A stretch of DNA of 63,885 nt, filler included, from Dugesia japonica (lineage: Eukaryota), in assembly GCA_001938525.1 (NCBI GenBank). It is 6 parts of 6 records of this genome, joined end to end, with 100 filler letters (N's around TTAATTAATTAA, not from the genome) between each part and the next. Parts side by side here need not be neighbours in the genome. Positions count along the whole stretch, not along the records: positions 9,219 to 17,424 come from MQRL01623860.1; positions 17,525 to 26,261 come from MQRL01576387.1; positions 26,362 to 44,834 come from MQRL01630057.1; 3 more parts are not named here. One strand, given 5' to 3'. Positions 13,338-27,037 of the stretch are shown piece after piece; the stretch's first letter is position 1, and every line of letters starts with the position of its first letter. Made by a program: the position numbers and the translations under genes. The notes under the pieces are model-generated. The model was given only the letters and a program-made list of their open reading frames with translations, was not told the origin of the DNA and ran no database searches.

Positions 13338-13437
13338 NNNNNNNNNNNNNNNNNNNNNNNNNNNNNNNNNNNNNNNNNNNNNNNNNNNNNNNNNNNNNNN
13401 NNNNNNNNNNNNNNNNNNNNNNNNNNNNNNNNNNNNN

Positions 13438-13495
<58 letters not shown>

Positions 13496-13508
13496 GTTAT
13501 TATTATTA
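13272..13508. repeat. (ATT)n microsatellite spanning a gap
   Basis: Pure TAT/ATT repeats; similar tracts at 9219-9300, 43255-43505 and 53378-53550. Confidence 0.95.
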
Positions 13509-13529
13509 TCCAAATAGTTTGAACTTTAC

Positions 13530-13737
13530 CCGATATACATTCATAATAGATTGGAGCATATCATCAAAATTTGATCGATTAATAACATCAGTTCTAAAAT
13601 TAAATTTTCCACCAAACAATTGCATACCCAATAAAGCTGCGATGACCATAAACAACGCTATCAATAAAATTAAACTTAATATAGACCTTATCGATCTGAC
13701 CATATTATTAACCATTGTTTTTAAACCATCCCAATAT
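13530..13737 (-). CDS. Voltage-gated Ca2+ channel alpha1 (Cav1-like), domain II S4-S5 linker/S5 exon
   Basis: YWDGLKTMVNNMVRSIRSILSLILLIALFMVIAALLGMQLFGGKFNFRTDVINRSNFDDMLQSIMNVYR with AG/GT borders. LLGMQLFGGKFNF is characteristic of Cav domain II. Confidence 0.9.
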
Positions 13738-14432
13738 CTTAATAAAATATAAAATAATGTTAATAATTATCAATGGATTATGATAGACCAGGATTATGGC
13801 ATATGCTAAGACTTATTTGGTAAACTATTCAAAAAATCGTATATTATGACTTAAAACCATCCAAACAACTTTGATGCAATCCATAAAAATATGTTTATAT
13901 TAATGAATTAAGATTTCTAAGAGACACCCCAGTTATGGTAATGATATCATAATTTTATTTTTGTAATATACCTTTTCAAAAGTATTCATATCTTGTTAAA
14001 ACATAAATAGTTGTATTTAATTTATTCATTTTACGATCTTCTGGTAGCTAATACAGCTATTTAAATGAACAGTTCTTAAGACTCTTATTCTAATTTTCAG
14101 ACACACCAGATTGTTACCTTTCCAGACGTTCATTTTGCACTTGGATTATCTCTATTTTATTATGCTCAAATTTTTTTCATTAATTATGAAATATTTCAAT
14201 GAATTGCATAATAAAACTTTTATTCAGACTAATTTTGATTGAATCTAAATTGCAAATAAGTAGATAGATAGTAACGCATGCAGCCAAATTTTTTTCCCCA
14301 GGATTTTATTTTATTAAAGTGAATAAACCCCGATTTTAAGCGTTTTCAAGGTCAACTGTTCAAAATTTTAAGCGATTTAATTTGATTGCGTGTTTTGATG
14401 ACGCAATAGCAACGTGCTAATGAAAAAATCAT

Positions 14433-14616
14433 TTAAAATAAAAGCTTTGATCAATATTTGTTTGTATGGTTTTTGATAACAATTGATTAACAATAGAATT
14501 GTTATCAAAAACCAAAAAAACAAATTTTGATCGAAGCTTTTATTTTATATGAATTCTGAAAAACGATCAATGGTTACGTCCAACAATTGTTCTCACAATA
14601 ATTGCAATTGTAAAAT
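14433..14616. repeat. Dispersed palindromic repeat (~115-bp hairpin plus conserved tail)
   Basis: Arms AAAAGCTTTGATCAA..TTTTTGATAACAATT / AATTGTTATCAAAAA..TTGATCGAAGCTTTT, then AAAACGATCAATGGTTACGTCCAACAATT. Other copies at about 22698-22880, 45940 and 44935. Confidence 0.75.
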
Positions 14617-14863
14617 AACTGATTTCATTAATATTNNNTAATTATTTCACAAAAAAAATTCGTTCCACACTGTTCATAAAATTTTAACACATAAAATACA
14701 TAATGGAAAATGAGTAAAATACAATTGTGACAGAACAAAGAGATTTGTCAAATTTTCAACAATTAAGCACAAAAGTATAAATCACATGAAAAACCAATAA
14801 AATCATGCAGTAATCATACAAAGATTTTAATAAAGTTATTTAAATTTTATGGACTGTATAGAC

Positions 14864-15108
14864 CAGTGATTCTTAACCAGTGCTCCGTGGAGCATTTTTG
14901 TTCCGCAACCTTGTCTCAGGTGCTCCAACAAATAATTACCATTACAATTATTTTATGTATATAATTATTATTTGATTTGAATAAATGAAAAGTTAGATAT
15001 TGAAATCATTATTAATTACTGAAATCAGTAATTATTAGTACTGATGCTCCGGTAAAGTTTTATGTAATTAAATATGCTCCACCACCACTAAAAGGTTAAG
15101 AACCACTG
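14864..15108. mobile_element. hAT (Charlie-like) MITE
   Basis: TIRs CAGTGATTCTTAACC/GGTTAAGAACCACTG; perfect TSD GTATAGAC (14856-14863, 15109-15116). Confidence 0.92.
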
Positions 15109-15119
15109 GTATAGACTGC

Positions 15120-15490
15120 AGGTAGATAGATAGTGGCTATTGTAATCATTCCCTCCAGAGATAGAAAAACCTTCAAGGTCAAAGTGGCTACATATACTCG
15201 ATTCTGATTGGTGGTAAATATTTTCAAGGTCAAAGTGGCTACATATACTCGATTCTGATTCATAGAATATTTCAGGTCGAATAAAGGTAAGTCAAGGTGT
15301 AATGAAAGTAGGTCAAGGTCATTTCCATGACAACTCTTTGTAGTTCAATATCAACTATCATTCTGACAGGCTTAATAATTATCCCCGTGCAGACTTATTA
15401 TGATTAATCCTCGTGCAGACGTAATATTATTAATCCACACACAGACTTAATATCAAAATTCACCGGGCAGACTTAATATTATTAATCATT
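15120..15490 (+). mobile_element. Left end of an (A)GGTAGATAGATAGTGGC-terminus element with internal direct repeats
   Basis: Terminus-like motif, duplicated TTCAAGGTCAAAGTGGCTACATATACTCGATTCTGATT, then ~28-33-bp GCAGACTTAATATTATTAATCC repeats. Confidence 0.5.
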
Positions 15491-15579
15491 TAATAGGTTT
15501 AATATTTTTTTGTTTTAATGCTTTATTTATTTTCTTTTTATTTACTTTACCTTTTTGTTTTTTTTAAAATTTTTTTTAT

Positions 15580-17424
15580 TATTAATATCTGATAACTTTG
15601 TGATTTTAAAATTTATTTCCAATATGCGGCTCAGTATATAAAACTAAATCTGAGCTCGCTTCATATAGCTATCTTCTCCTTTAACTGTTTTATTTTTATT
15701 ATCGTTTATATTGTTCATAACCTGAAATTTTTTAATAATTATTTTCTTATACCCCCCTTCTTCAGAAACTTCTAGGTTTTTTCCACAGTTATTTCTAATT
15801 GCTGTTCAATTTCTCCTTGTACCGCATACCGCCTTTCGTGAATTCTCTCAATTATTCGATAAGGTCCTTCAAATCTGTCTTGACTTTTATTTCTTTTTTC
15901 TATCTTGATGAGTACAAAATCGCCCACTTTGAATTCTCTATGTGTATTCCCATATGGAGTGTTTTCTTTAGTTTTATCTGAAACGTCTGACTCATACCAT
16001 TTTTCTCTGCTAATCTTCTTTCCAGCTGGGCTCTTTCCAGTCGTCTTCTGCTTTTTTGCGTTCATTATAAATACTATTTCTGGTAACAGATCTGCCCAAT
16101 CTGTTGTCTTTTTTTCCTTGAAGTGTTGCATTAATCAAATCTTGAATTGTCCTGAACTGTCTTTAAATTTTTCCGTTTGCATTATGATTATAGGAACTCG
16201 AAAAGCAAAGTTTAATATCTAATTTCAGTGAAAACTCTCTCATAACTCTATATTCAAAAGATTTTCCACAATCGAGTCTTAGTTCTCTTGGAAATCCAAA
16301 TCTCAATATCCACTTTTCAAAAATAGCTTTTCGTATTGTTTCCTCGTCTTGTCTAGGCATTGGTATAAGAACCGAATATTTACTGTAATGGTCTATTATT
16401 CCAAGAATGTATTTTTTTCATCCACTTATTTACCGCAATGGCCTACAGATATTTGTGAATGACTTCATACAAATTGGTAGCTTCAAATCTCTTTGTCTTC
16501 TCTTTAGTTGCTGTCGCCATTACTTTGATCTTCTGACAAATTTCACAACTACAAACTATCTTCTGTATTTGTCTCCACAAATACTTCGCAATGTATTTGT
16601 ATCTCATATATTCGTACATCTTTTCAACTCTTGCATGACATAGTAATTTATGTATTTCTACTATTGTCTTATGTATTTTATCCGAAATTTTTATTTTCTT
16701 GATTAAATCTGTTTCCTCAGAAATGTTTAATTGCTTTTCCTTTTCCTTTTCAATCATGTTCAGTATTCTCGTTTTCATCTTCCCTTTCTTGGCATCTTCT
16801 TGTGACATTTGACATTTTATACATCTCACAAATAACATATCTCTATCTAAAACATCTCTAAATAACATATCTGCATTACTATGTTAAATTTCTTTTCTAT
16901 ATTCCTAAACCATGTCTAGACTACTCAATAATTGATCCATGTCTGGAATTGTGAAGTAATTGGTTACTTTGTTGTCATCATGAAAGTTAGAGCTTTATGA
17001 TCTATTCTAAGAGTAAATCTTCTACCGTACAAATAGTGTTTGAAATGCATGCAGAAATAATAAACAGGCAACAACTCTTTCTCTTCCTTTCTTATCTCTC
17101 TGTGACAATACTGCTCCAATTGTAATAAAACTGGTATCTGTATCTAATATAAATTCTTTGTTTATGTCTGGAAAACACAATATTGGTGCAGTCGTTAGAG
17201 ATTTCTTCAGACCCTCAAAAGTATAGTTTATTTCATCTGTTCATTCTAATTTCTTGTTGCTTGGTCTGCTACACAACTGCTCTAAGATCCTTGATTTTCT
17301 TGCGTAGTTTTCTAAAGACTTTCTGTAATAATTACATATTCCTAAGAAATTACGTAGCTTCATCACACAGTTAGGTTTGCCAAATGTTCTTATTGCCTCT
17401 ATTTTAGACGGGTCAATTCTAACA
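15580..17424 (-). mobile_element. Ty3/gypsy 3' half (RT connection, RNase H, integrase, PPT, 3' LTR start), decayed
   Basis: FILDTD, HFKHYLYGRRFTLR, integrase HHCC (H..LCH..C..CQ), LRLDCGKSF, GPY/F motif DRFEGPYRI, and PPT AAGAAGGGGGG at 15762-15752. Confidence 0.9.
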
Positions 17425-17524
17425 NNNNNNNNNNNNNNNNNNNNNNNNNNNNNNNNNNNNNNNNNNNNTTAATTAATTAANNNNNNNNNNNNNNNNNNNN
17501 NNNNNNNNNNNNNNNNNNNNNNNN
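17425..17524. other. Artificial scaffold-joining spacer
   Basis: 44N-TTAATTAATTAA-44N. Confidence 0.95.
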
Positions 17525-19014
17525 TTTTTATTTTATGTTTTTTTTACAAAAATGAAATTACAAATGAAAAACTTTTAATCAAAAAATTTAAAGTGAAAAG
17601 AAAAAATCTAAAAAAGTAAATTTGTTTAAATAATGTTTTTTATTTATTTATCTTTTTGATTTGAATAAATTTTAATAGATACATTTCGTTATTTTGATTT
17701 AAATATTCAAACGCCAAAGAACACTTANNNNNNNNNNNNNNNNNNNNNNNNNNNNNNNNNNNNNNNNNNNNNNNNNNNNNNNNNNNNNNNNNNNNNNNNN
17801 NNNNNNNNNNNNNNNNNNNNNNNNNNNNNNNNNNNNNNNNNNNNNNNNNNNNNNNNAAGTTTTCAAAAATATTAGCAAGTATAAGATCGTAAAAACACGT
17901 TTAAAATTTGAATCGTAAATAAATTTAATATGAATTAAGTTTCCATTGAAAAATAAAATTTGAAAAGTTGACATTCAATCTCATTCATGAACTCATGTAT
18001 ATAATATTTCTTTCCGTGTGTACATCAATTGTTTGATAATAATTGCACTTTAATCTATCACATATTTTTTGACCACTCAGTGAATATTGACTCTCATTAA
18101 TATAACAATATAAATTGGTGATACTAAGAATAATGAATGAGTCACGGTACAAAAGATGAGTGTTGACAAATTTATTTTATGATATTCAAAATTATTGATA
18201 AGTCAGGATATTTATGGAATCATCAAATATAGGCGTATTAATATATGCAAATAAAGTATAATTCCCTAGTACTATAAGTTAATATTTTTTTTCGGGGAAT
18301 ATATAAATTATAATATATAGTATAAAAATTAATATTTGAATTAATAAGTTTTTTCTGGATATTTCTAATTCACTTAAAAGTTTTTAAATTGGAATTATAA
18401 ATTATAACAATATTTTTAAACTAATAATTCTTAAAAATCATAAAATTTGCGATTTGTTTTTGAAATAACAAAAGTTGAAATATGCTTTAGAAATAATTAT
18501 TCTAAATTCTAAAAGTTGCTGAAATTATACGTATTTGAATTTTCATAATGAATTTTGATATTCCATCATTTAATTTATAAAATTACAGAATATAAAAAAG
18601 TATAAAAATTATTAAAAGTTCTANNNNNNNNNNNNNNNNNNNNNNNNNNNNNNNNNNNNNNNNNNNNNNNNNNNNNNNNNNNNNNNNNNNNNNNNNNNNN
18701 NNNNNNNNNNNNNNNNNNNNNNNNNNNNNNNNNNNNNNNNNGATCAAAATTATTATCATTATATTGTTATTATCATTATCATTAGATTATAAAATTTATA
18801 ATTAAAACATGAAATCGTAAATAACTTAAATAAAAATTCTTTCCTAAAATTTAAGAAAATTAAATTATGAAATATCAAAATTTAAATACATTTAATTTCA
18901 GCCTTTTTATTATTTTCTTTAATAATTAAGTAATAAAAATAATCATATTTATACAAGAATTATAAATTATTTATTTATATTTAGTTTATTCTTGACTTTT
19001 TGTATTTGTAACAG

Positions 19015-22000
19015 TTAGGATTAGAAGCTAAGGCGTCAATTGGTATTCTTGGATTTAATCACCCTTCATGGTTTATTAGTCAGCTTGGTGGAATTTGTGC
19101 TGGTGGGGTTATTTGCGGAATTTATACAACAAACACTGCTGAAATTTGCAAATTTATCATGAATGACTGCAATTGTGAAATTATAGTTGTTGAAAATGAT
19201 GATCAAATGACAAAAATCCTATCTATTCTGCCAAATGTTCCCCAACTAAAAGCTATAATAAAATACACCGGGGAAATTACAAACGAAATGAAAAATAAAT
19301 ATTCCATTCCAATTATTTCTGTAATAATCTCAGAATATTTTTATAGCAATTTATCTATAATATAGTGGTCAGAATTTATGGGCCTTGATTCAAGTGATTG
19401 TGATGAAGAAGTTGAAATACGAATACAAAACATAAATCCAGATGATTGTGCTGTATTAATTTATACTAGTGGTACAACTGGGTTTCCTAAAGGTGTAGTA
19501 TTAACGCATGATAATGTCAGTTTTAATTTTATTTACTTTTTTAACATAAATATCTAGATGATTTATACTGTAAAAATGGCAATGGAACAAGTTGGAGTTA
19601 AACCATTTGAACATTGCATAATTTCATATTTACCTCTAAGCCATATAGCTGCAAATCTTAATGATATAATGACTACAGTCGCTGTTGGGGTCACTGTTTA
19701 TTTTGCTCAGCCCGATGCTTTAAAAGGTTCTTTAGGCAAAACATTGAAAGAAGTAAGTAACATTTATTTCATTCATTTAATTGCTTTGAATTATTTTATT
19801 TGCATATATTGTTTTATATTTTATCTGTTTTATATATAAACAAGATAAATTTATGGTTTAAAAGAGTTTCTTTAAATTCATAAAATATGTTTCAACAATC
19901 ACATCAAAATCGATTAAATCTAGTTTTTTATGTTTGGTATTTCTACTAAACAAAAAAAATTATGGTTCGTTATTAAAAAAAATGGTGTCATTGATTTTAG
20001 ATTTGTGTGTTAATTGATCTATGTGAATACAATATTATATAAATTTAATCTATTAAGCAAATTATAAATAGAGTGATAAATAAATACCTTTAAGAAAATT
20101 GATATTTTATGTATAACAGAAATAGCGTATGTATTATACAACCTTATTAGCAAATTTTATTTTAAGAGAAACTTAGAGATTAGAGTTTCTAATTAAATTT
20201 TTGTCCGCTGACAGCTGAAAAATCATTCATATATATATGGACTAGGCCTTCATGCAATGACCACGTGCTAATCATAAAGTTAAAAATCCCCTTTATATTT
20301 TTACAAAAAACTTTCGTGATAAAAATAAAGTTTTCCATTCTTTACATCTTTTTTATAATAAAATCCAAAATTTTCATTATAATATTATTAAAGTTTTGTG
20401 TACATTTTATTTTTTTCTTAAATTTTTAACATTTCATACAGATAAAGATATAACTGACAATGAATGAATATTGATTAAATTTTTTTACAAATAAAATAAC
20501 AATAAAATTATATCGGTAATGTTATTAGCTAAAATTCACAACAATCTCAATAAGTCTGTGCTATTCAATTAATTCTGATATTGCATATTGATTTGATCTG
20601 CTAACGAATATTTGTTTTAGTTGACTTCTGGTATCGAAGTTCTGTTTGGTTTTAATATTGTTTGAGCTCTTGTATGTATTTCTATGTATGTGTATCTGTT
20701 GTATGTGCATGTGATTGTGTGCTTGTGATGTATGTCTATCGGATCCAAGATCCCAACATTTACATTACGTTACAAAAAAAAGTTTATTTTATTTGATTTA
20801 GGACAATTTTGCACCTGGTAAATTTGAAAATGAAATTTATTTTTTATCTGATGGTCAGGTTTTATGCTAGTTCAATTTTTAAAAATCTAATCTTTTAACT
20901 AAGTCGTTTACATTTTCGTTAATATTGCTTCTTCAAAATATGTTTTATAGTTTAAAAAATCGTTTTCTAATACAATTCATTTATTAAATGTTACAAAAGT
21001 TAATTATTGTAGTAGATATTGATACATATAAATTGGATATTCGGTCATCATTGTTCAAAATTTAGGGCAAAATCTATCGTCTCTTCGAACTTCAAGACTG
21101 CTCAGAGTTAAGGATGTCTCTATTTATAGTCCAACAGTTATCAGCTATGATGACGTCCCTAATACCTGATCTTCATTTCCTTTATGCCATGATGAAATTT
21201 TTCCCCTTGCTCGCCGCTCATTAATCCAAAATTTTCGGGAAACCGATCCACATGTGAGAATAATTAATGCATTTTGAAACTCATGTTGCATCCGAGGTTT
21301 CTGAAATCAGTGAACATATTGGTAAGAATCTCTGCATAGTTCCTTGTTTTTTTATTGCCAAGAAAATTATTCACGACTAGAACAAAAGCTTTCCACGCTT
21401 CTAGATTTACTTTGTTCATTGAGGTTTCAACAACACAGATACTCGATGCATGTCTTGCATACAATGTGTGGCGCTCAAACTTTATCATGATCACCAAGTT
21501 TTGTACCTAAATAAGCATGATAAGCCCACTTTATAAAACCTGTTACAGGATTACTGTTAGGACTAACAGTGTATTCACTGCAGATATTGTAAAATACATT
21601 GGATTTATTTTTGCAAGATCTTCTGACCGAATTTATTTGATAAGATATCAATTAGTCAAAACTTACCACATGGGAACTCTTGCTAATTTGTTTATATAAA
21701 GAAATAAAAATAAATTTTGCATCATGTAAATAGAAAATACCACCTGAACANNNNNNNNNNNNNNNNNNNNGCGACAGATAAAAACGTTGACCTGATTGAG
21801 CAAAACCAGTGTCATTTTCAGGATCTGGCTCTAAAATTGTTCTAATTTCGTTTAAAAAAATTCAGGGAAATTTGATGTTGACTAGTGTTATTTATATCAA
21901 ATAAACTATTATTTAATAATATTTGAAATAATCATTCATTATTAGATTTTTCATATTTTTTTATGTTAATATAACTCATTTAAATAGCCAAAACAAAACC

Positions 22001-25000
22001 GTAACCTCATTTAATGATATATTGATTTTAGTTTAAATCGCAGGTAAAAATAAAGTGCGCAGAATAGAAACTTTTTTTTAATTAATTGCATTAATTAATT
22101 TATTTTTGTTTTATTTATTGACGTCTTTCATTCTTATATTATTCTCCGTCTCATATCGTTTTTGGTTTTGAACACTATGGCTGCATAATTTATTACATTT
22201 ATAAAGTAACTTTTAGTAACAAAATGTTCAATTAAAAATATTTCGTATTAACTTTTGAAATTTATGATTTTCATTTAATATTTATTGTCTATTTTAATTT
22301 AAATAAAAATTCTTTATTAATGCTTTTAAAATTGACGTTCCATTTTTCCATTGGTAATTTTAATTTTCAGGAAATAATTAAAATAAAACCGTGTAAAAAT
22401 TTAATTTTTCTTGCTAAATAATTACTTTTTAATAATTTATTAAATGGGATTCTGTTTCACTCATTAAAAGGGATTTGTGATTAAATTAATTTAAAATTTG
22501 CTCCATTATTATTTATTAAAAAAGGTATTTTTTAACTAATTTTATTAAAACATTTTTAATTCGTAAATTGAGCTGGAAATTATAATGGTTTGAAATTATG
22601 CTATTTATATTTCGATAAATTTTGTTAAATTTTAATTCGTATTTTTAAAGTTTCGAAATGTAAAATAAATATATACAAATAATGTGAATTCATTCAATAT
22701 AAAAGCTTTGATCAAAATTTAGGTTTTATTTATTGATATCGAATTGTTATCCAATATCAATNNNNNNNNNNNNNNNNNNNNNNNNNNNNNNNNNNNNNNN
22801 NNNNNNNNNNNAATGAATTCTATAAAACGATCAATGGTTATGTCCAACAATTATTCTCGCAATAATTGCAATTGTAAAAAATAATGTAAAGTTATTTTTG
22901 AATTATTAATTAACAATGTTGAAAGGTTGAAATGACAAATTCGTTTTAAACAAAAATGATGTTTACTAAACAGAAAATGTTTATTAAATTTATTATAAGT
23001 ATGGTAATAATTTGAACTGTCCATATATTATTCAATCATGATTTTTTACAGTTATTTAAAATTGTGTAACAACTACAGATAAAAATCTTGTTTTTTTGAA
23101 TTAGTTAAGTATCAGGTAAATCTGAAAATTCGTGCGGTTTTCGAATGTCGTATAAATCACAGTATCAAAGTGTACATATAAAAATATATATTTAATAAAA
23201 GTTTATATATAGATTTTATTAATTTTGTTATAATGAACCATTTTCTGTAATGATTTATCTTTTTTAAATTTCAAAACTACTGCCGATTTTGTTTGCTGTT
23301 GAATATGTTTGCTGTATGAATATAAACTGGGGTCAAGTACTTCAGAAGCATGCCACACAATCTGTTTAACATTGGAACCGAATACACGATTCAGTGGAAA
23401 ATGAAAAACGATCCGGAAGACCTACAGTGATTTATAACAATGAATTAAAAAATCTATTGAAAAAATTCAAATTTATGATGTTGGAAAAGTGTTGTTCATT
23501 ATAATGTTGAATTTTTTGATGAATAAAATCTTATTGGTTGATTTTTTACTTTAAATTTTTTTTGACTTTAAATGTTTGATAAACAAAAACGAACTTTCGA
23601 ATTTACCTGATAATTAAAAATACTTTAATTAATTTACAAAAAATATATAGTCATTTTCCAAAAATTCTATGGTAAATGTTTTAAAATTGAAAACCGTTTT
23701 TTGGATTATGAGAAATCTGATAAACTAAATAAGGTGGTACCTCTTTTTATAATCTAGGCGAGTAATGGGGAACGTATGACACACGAGTCAGAGGTGAGAT
23801 TCGATCTCATTTTGGGTGAACCGCATAGACNNNNNNNNNNNNNNNNNNNNNNNNNNNNNNNNNNNNNNNNNNNNNNNNNNNNNNNNNNNNNNNNNNNNNN
23901 NNNNNNNNNNNNNNNNNNNNNNNNNNNNNNNNNNNNNNNNAACCGGATGTTAACATATAAATCGATGTTGCGTAGCAAAGATGCATAGGGAAAAATCCAA
24001 AATACATTGTTCCAATATTGGCATCAATATAGAAATGTTAAGAATTGCACCGTAAAAAGATTAAACTTTAGTCATGGAATTTTATTCTTACTCGAGTGAC
24101 AAAATGGCAAATTCTGGAAACGGTTTCGTTATTATTTCGTAACATTTAATTACTATTGTTTTTATTATTTTTTCATAAATGTACATTGTTTTTCCTTTGC
24201 TCATTTTGTACATTTTTTGGTTGATATACTTTAACGAAGAAAATTATAATGCTTTTAAATATAAATCCTTTTTTTACCATGGTTGCAAATATCAAAAAAT
24301 TATGAATATTTCTGTGACCACACCAGAATTTAGTTAGGGTATTTCAAAATTTTGTCACGTCGAGCTCTAAAGATTCGCCATCACTGATCTAGACAAAACG
24401 TGATAATATTTTTTATAATATTGTCAGTTTATAAATTACAGTAATCAATTCGAAAATAATTAATCATAACCCTATGGTAATTAGTTTGAAATATGAGCCG
24501 CAAGAAGTGGTATCTATAAATTAACACTGCGCAATCATATATGAAAATTATAATGGTGTACTGATCCATGAAAATTAATTTACCTATTTACTCTGTAGCA
24601 GCAAATGTGGTNNNNNNNNNNNNNNNNNNNNNNNNNNNNNNNNNNNNNNNNNNNNNNNNNNNNNNNNNNTAATTGACTCACGTTTATGCATGTTTGGCTA
24701 AGCACACAGTACAAATAAACTCATACGTGGGTTTTTAACTGACTCTTGTAAATTAAACGATATTTTGTCTGTATTTTTGTTTTTATTGAATCGAGTTTCA
24801 GATTCAGCTAATAAATAAATACAATAAAAATAAAAGAAATCAGACCGAAGAAATTTATTTTATCTTATAGTATTTTTATAATTTGTAATCAATTTATATT
24901 TTGAATTCATAAAATATATTTTACAAAATAATATTTTTGAATTAATGTAATTTTACTCTATACATTTCTTCAATTGTACACCAATAATAATATTGATGAC

Positions 25001-26261
25001 TTATATTCAATAGGTGAGACCTACTGTTTTTATTGGCGTTCCACGAGTTTTTGAAAAGATTCAAGAGCAAATGCAAGAAATTGGAGCTAAGGCTGGAGCC
25101 ATAAAAAAAAACATTGCAACTTGGGCAAAAAGGGTGGGTTCAAGAAATTGTATTAATAACTTACATGGTAAATCTGTTGAAAAATCATATTATGTGGCGA
25201 AGTGCCTTGTTTTCAATAAAGTAAAAGAAGCTTTGGGTCTTGATCGATGTTTTTATTTGGCTTCAGCTGCGGCTCCTCTAACCAATCAAACATTGGATTA
25301 CTTTCTAAGTTTAGATATGCCTATCAATCAAGTTTATGGTCTCTCTGAATGTACTGGTCCTCACGCAATGGGCGTATGTNNNNNNNNNNNNNNNNNNNNN
25401 NNNNNNNNNNNNNNNNNNNATAATATACAATGCGATGGTCATCATTATGTTTTATGGTTAGTGGAAAATGGGGTCTGTTGGTACAATATTGAAAGGAGTT
25501 GAATTAAAAATCGCCGATCCAAATGATAACCATGTTGGAGAAATATGCATGCGTGGACGAAATATATTTAAAGGATATTATAATAACGTAGAAAGAACCA
25601 AGGAAGCAATTGATTCTGAAGGTTGGCTTCATACTGGTGATCTGGGAAAAATAGAAGATGGGGAATATTTATTTATCACAGGGAGAATAAAAGGTTCTAT
25701 AACATGATTTCTATTACAAAATACAAGTAATTGTGTTAGAATTGATTATAACGGCTGGTGGGGAAAATGTAGCTCCAGTACCAATTGAAGACAGAATAAA
25801 AGAGAAAATACCATTTATTAGTAATGTTATGCTTGTTGGAGATAAACAGAAATTTGTGTCTTGTCTTTTAACCTTAAAAGTAATATGGTAAATAAATTTC
25901 AGTTTTTGATAAAATTCCAGACTGATATTGATCCTGAAACTCAGCAACCCACTGATATTTTGTCACCAGCTGCGGTTAGAAGCCTTAGGGACATTGGTAT
26001 TGAAGCAAATACAGTTCAAGATGTTCTAGAATGTAAAGAGAATTCATTAAAAATATTTATTGATGATGCTATCAAAAATGTAAACACAAAATCGGTTTCT
26101 CGAGCTGCATATGTGCAAAAATGGTCTTTTCTTCCGACGGATTTTTCTATTCATGGAGGAGAGCTGGGTAATTATTACTTTTACAAAAAATTGTAAATAG
26201 TGCTGATTCTTTAGGTCCAACAATGAAAATGAAACGAATGGTAATCGTGGAAAAGTATTCA
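19015..26261 (+). CDS. ACSBG: Long-chain-fatty-acid--CoA ligase, bubblegum (ACSBG) family; partial, at least 8 exons
   Basis: Exons 19015-19320, 19366-19515, 19558-19752, 25014-~25373, ~25462-25693, 25740-25879, 25921-26167, 26215-26261+. Motifs [80 protein letters not shown]. Both ends missing; one junction lies next to an N gap. Confidence 0.95.
20763..21887 (-). mobile_element. Chapaev3 (CMC) transposon, internally deleted, in the ACSBG intron
   Basis: Transposase C-terminus [49 protein letters not shown]; terminus CACTAGTCAACA at 21887, degenerate CATTACGTTACA at 20763; TTA on both flanks. Confidence 0.8.
23112..23610. mobile_element. Mariner-type MITE
   Basis: TIRs TCAGGTAAATCTGAAAATTCGT / ACGAACTTTCGAATTTACCTGA, flanked by TA on both sides. 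Confidence 0.75.
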
Positions 26262-26361
26262 NNNNNNNNNNNNNNNNNNNNNNNNNNNNNNNNNNNNNNN
26301 NNNNNTTAATTAATTAANNNNNNNNNNNNNNNNNNNNNNNNNNNNNNNNNNNNNNNNNNNN
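26262..26361. other. Artificial scaffold-joining spacer
   Basis: 44N-TTAATTAATTAA-44N. Confidence 0.95.
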
Positions 26362-26925
26362 CACAAGGTTGCATTTAATTTTCGGGTTTGTTGTAATTGC
26401 TCATTTGGTACATCTGAATTTCGCATTACGCTCCTGCAGTGTTCGTCCCAAAAATTCTCCATTGTAAACTAGGGATTTAAAGGTTGATTAAGCATCTGGG
26501 TATAAGTTTGTGCTGGTTCCTCCGTAATTGCTCTGTCGACGTCGTCTAGATCCACATTTACTGTTAGTTGTCCGTTCATTGTCATCTGTTTCTGTTCTAT
26601 TCTTTACTAAATAAATACTACGATAAACGCTGTAGTGATCCATATCAAAATCTAATCCACATTTTAATTTCAATTTAATCAAAACTATGCTCTACTTTAC
26701 ATTTCGAGCTACTCAAAAACTAAATTGTATACCTTACTGTTACATTTCAGGTAATTTACAACTTCACTCTCACTCTTCTCCTCAATAACTTCATAACGAC
26801 TCAGTTCCTCCCTCTGGAACTCCCGATCGCACTAACTCTCTTGGTGGGTGCAAATATTTCGCCTTCAACTCTCTTAATTCCGGTTCTAATCGCAGTCTCG
26901 GATACTGCCCGCGTTTCGCTTTACA
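26362..26925 (-). mobile_element. Possible LTR retroelement 5' end
   Basis: Begins TGTAAAGCGAAACGC (resembles the TGT..GCGAAAC LTR starts), followed by an interrupted ORF (..VDLDDVDRAITEEPAQ..MENFWDEHCRSVM). No diagnostic motif. Confidence 0.3.
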
Positions 26926-27037
26926 GATTAATATTGTTATAATCGTCATCATGATTATCGTTTTATAATGAAAGAAAACAATACATATTTTTCGGTTTAT
27001 TAGAAAACTTCATGATGGATATCACAAATCTAATAAT

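Noticed and set aside
15799-16643. Plus-strand ORFs over the gypsy integrase (similarly 61592-61801 and 13519-13752)
   Set aside because: Antisense shadows of real minus-strand coding sequence.
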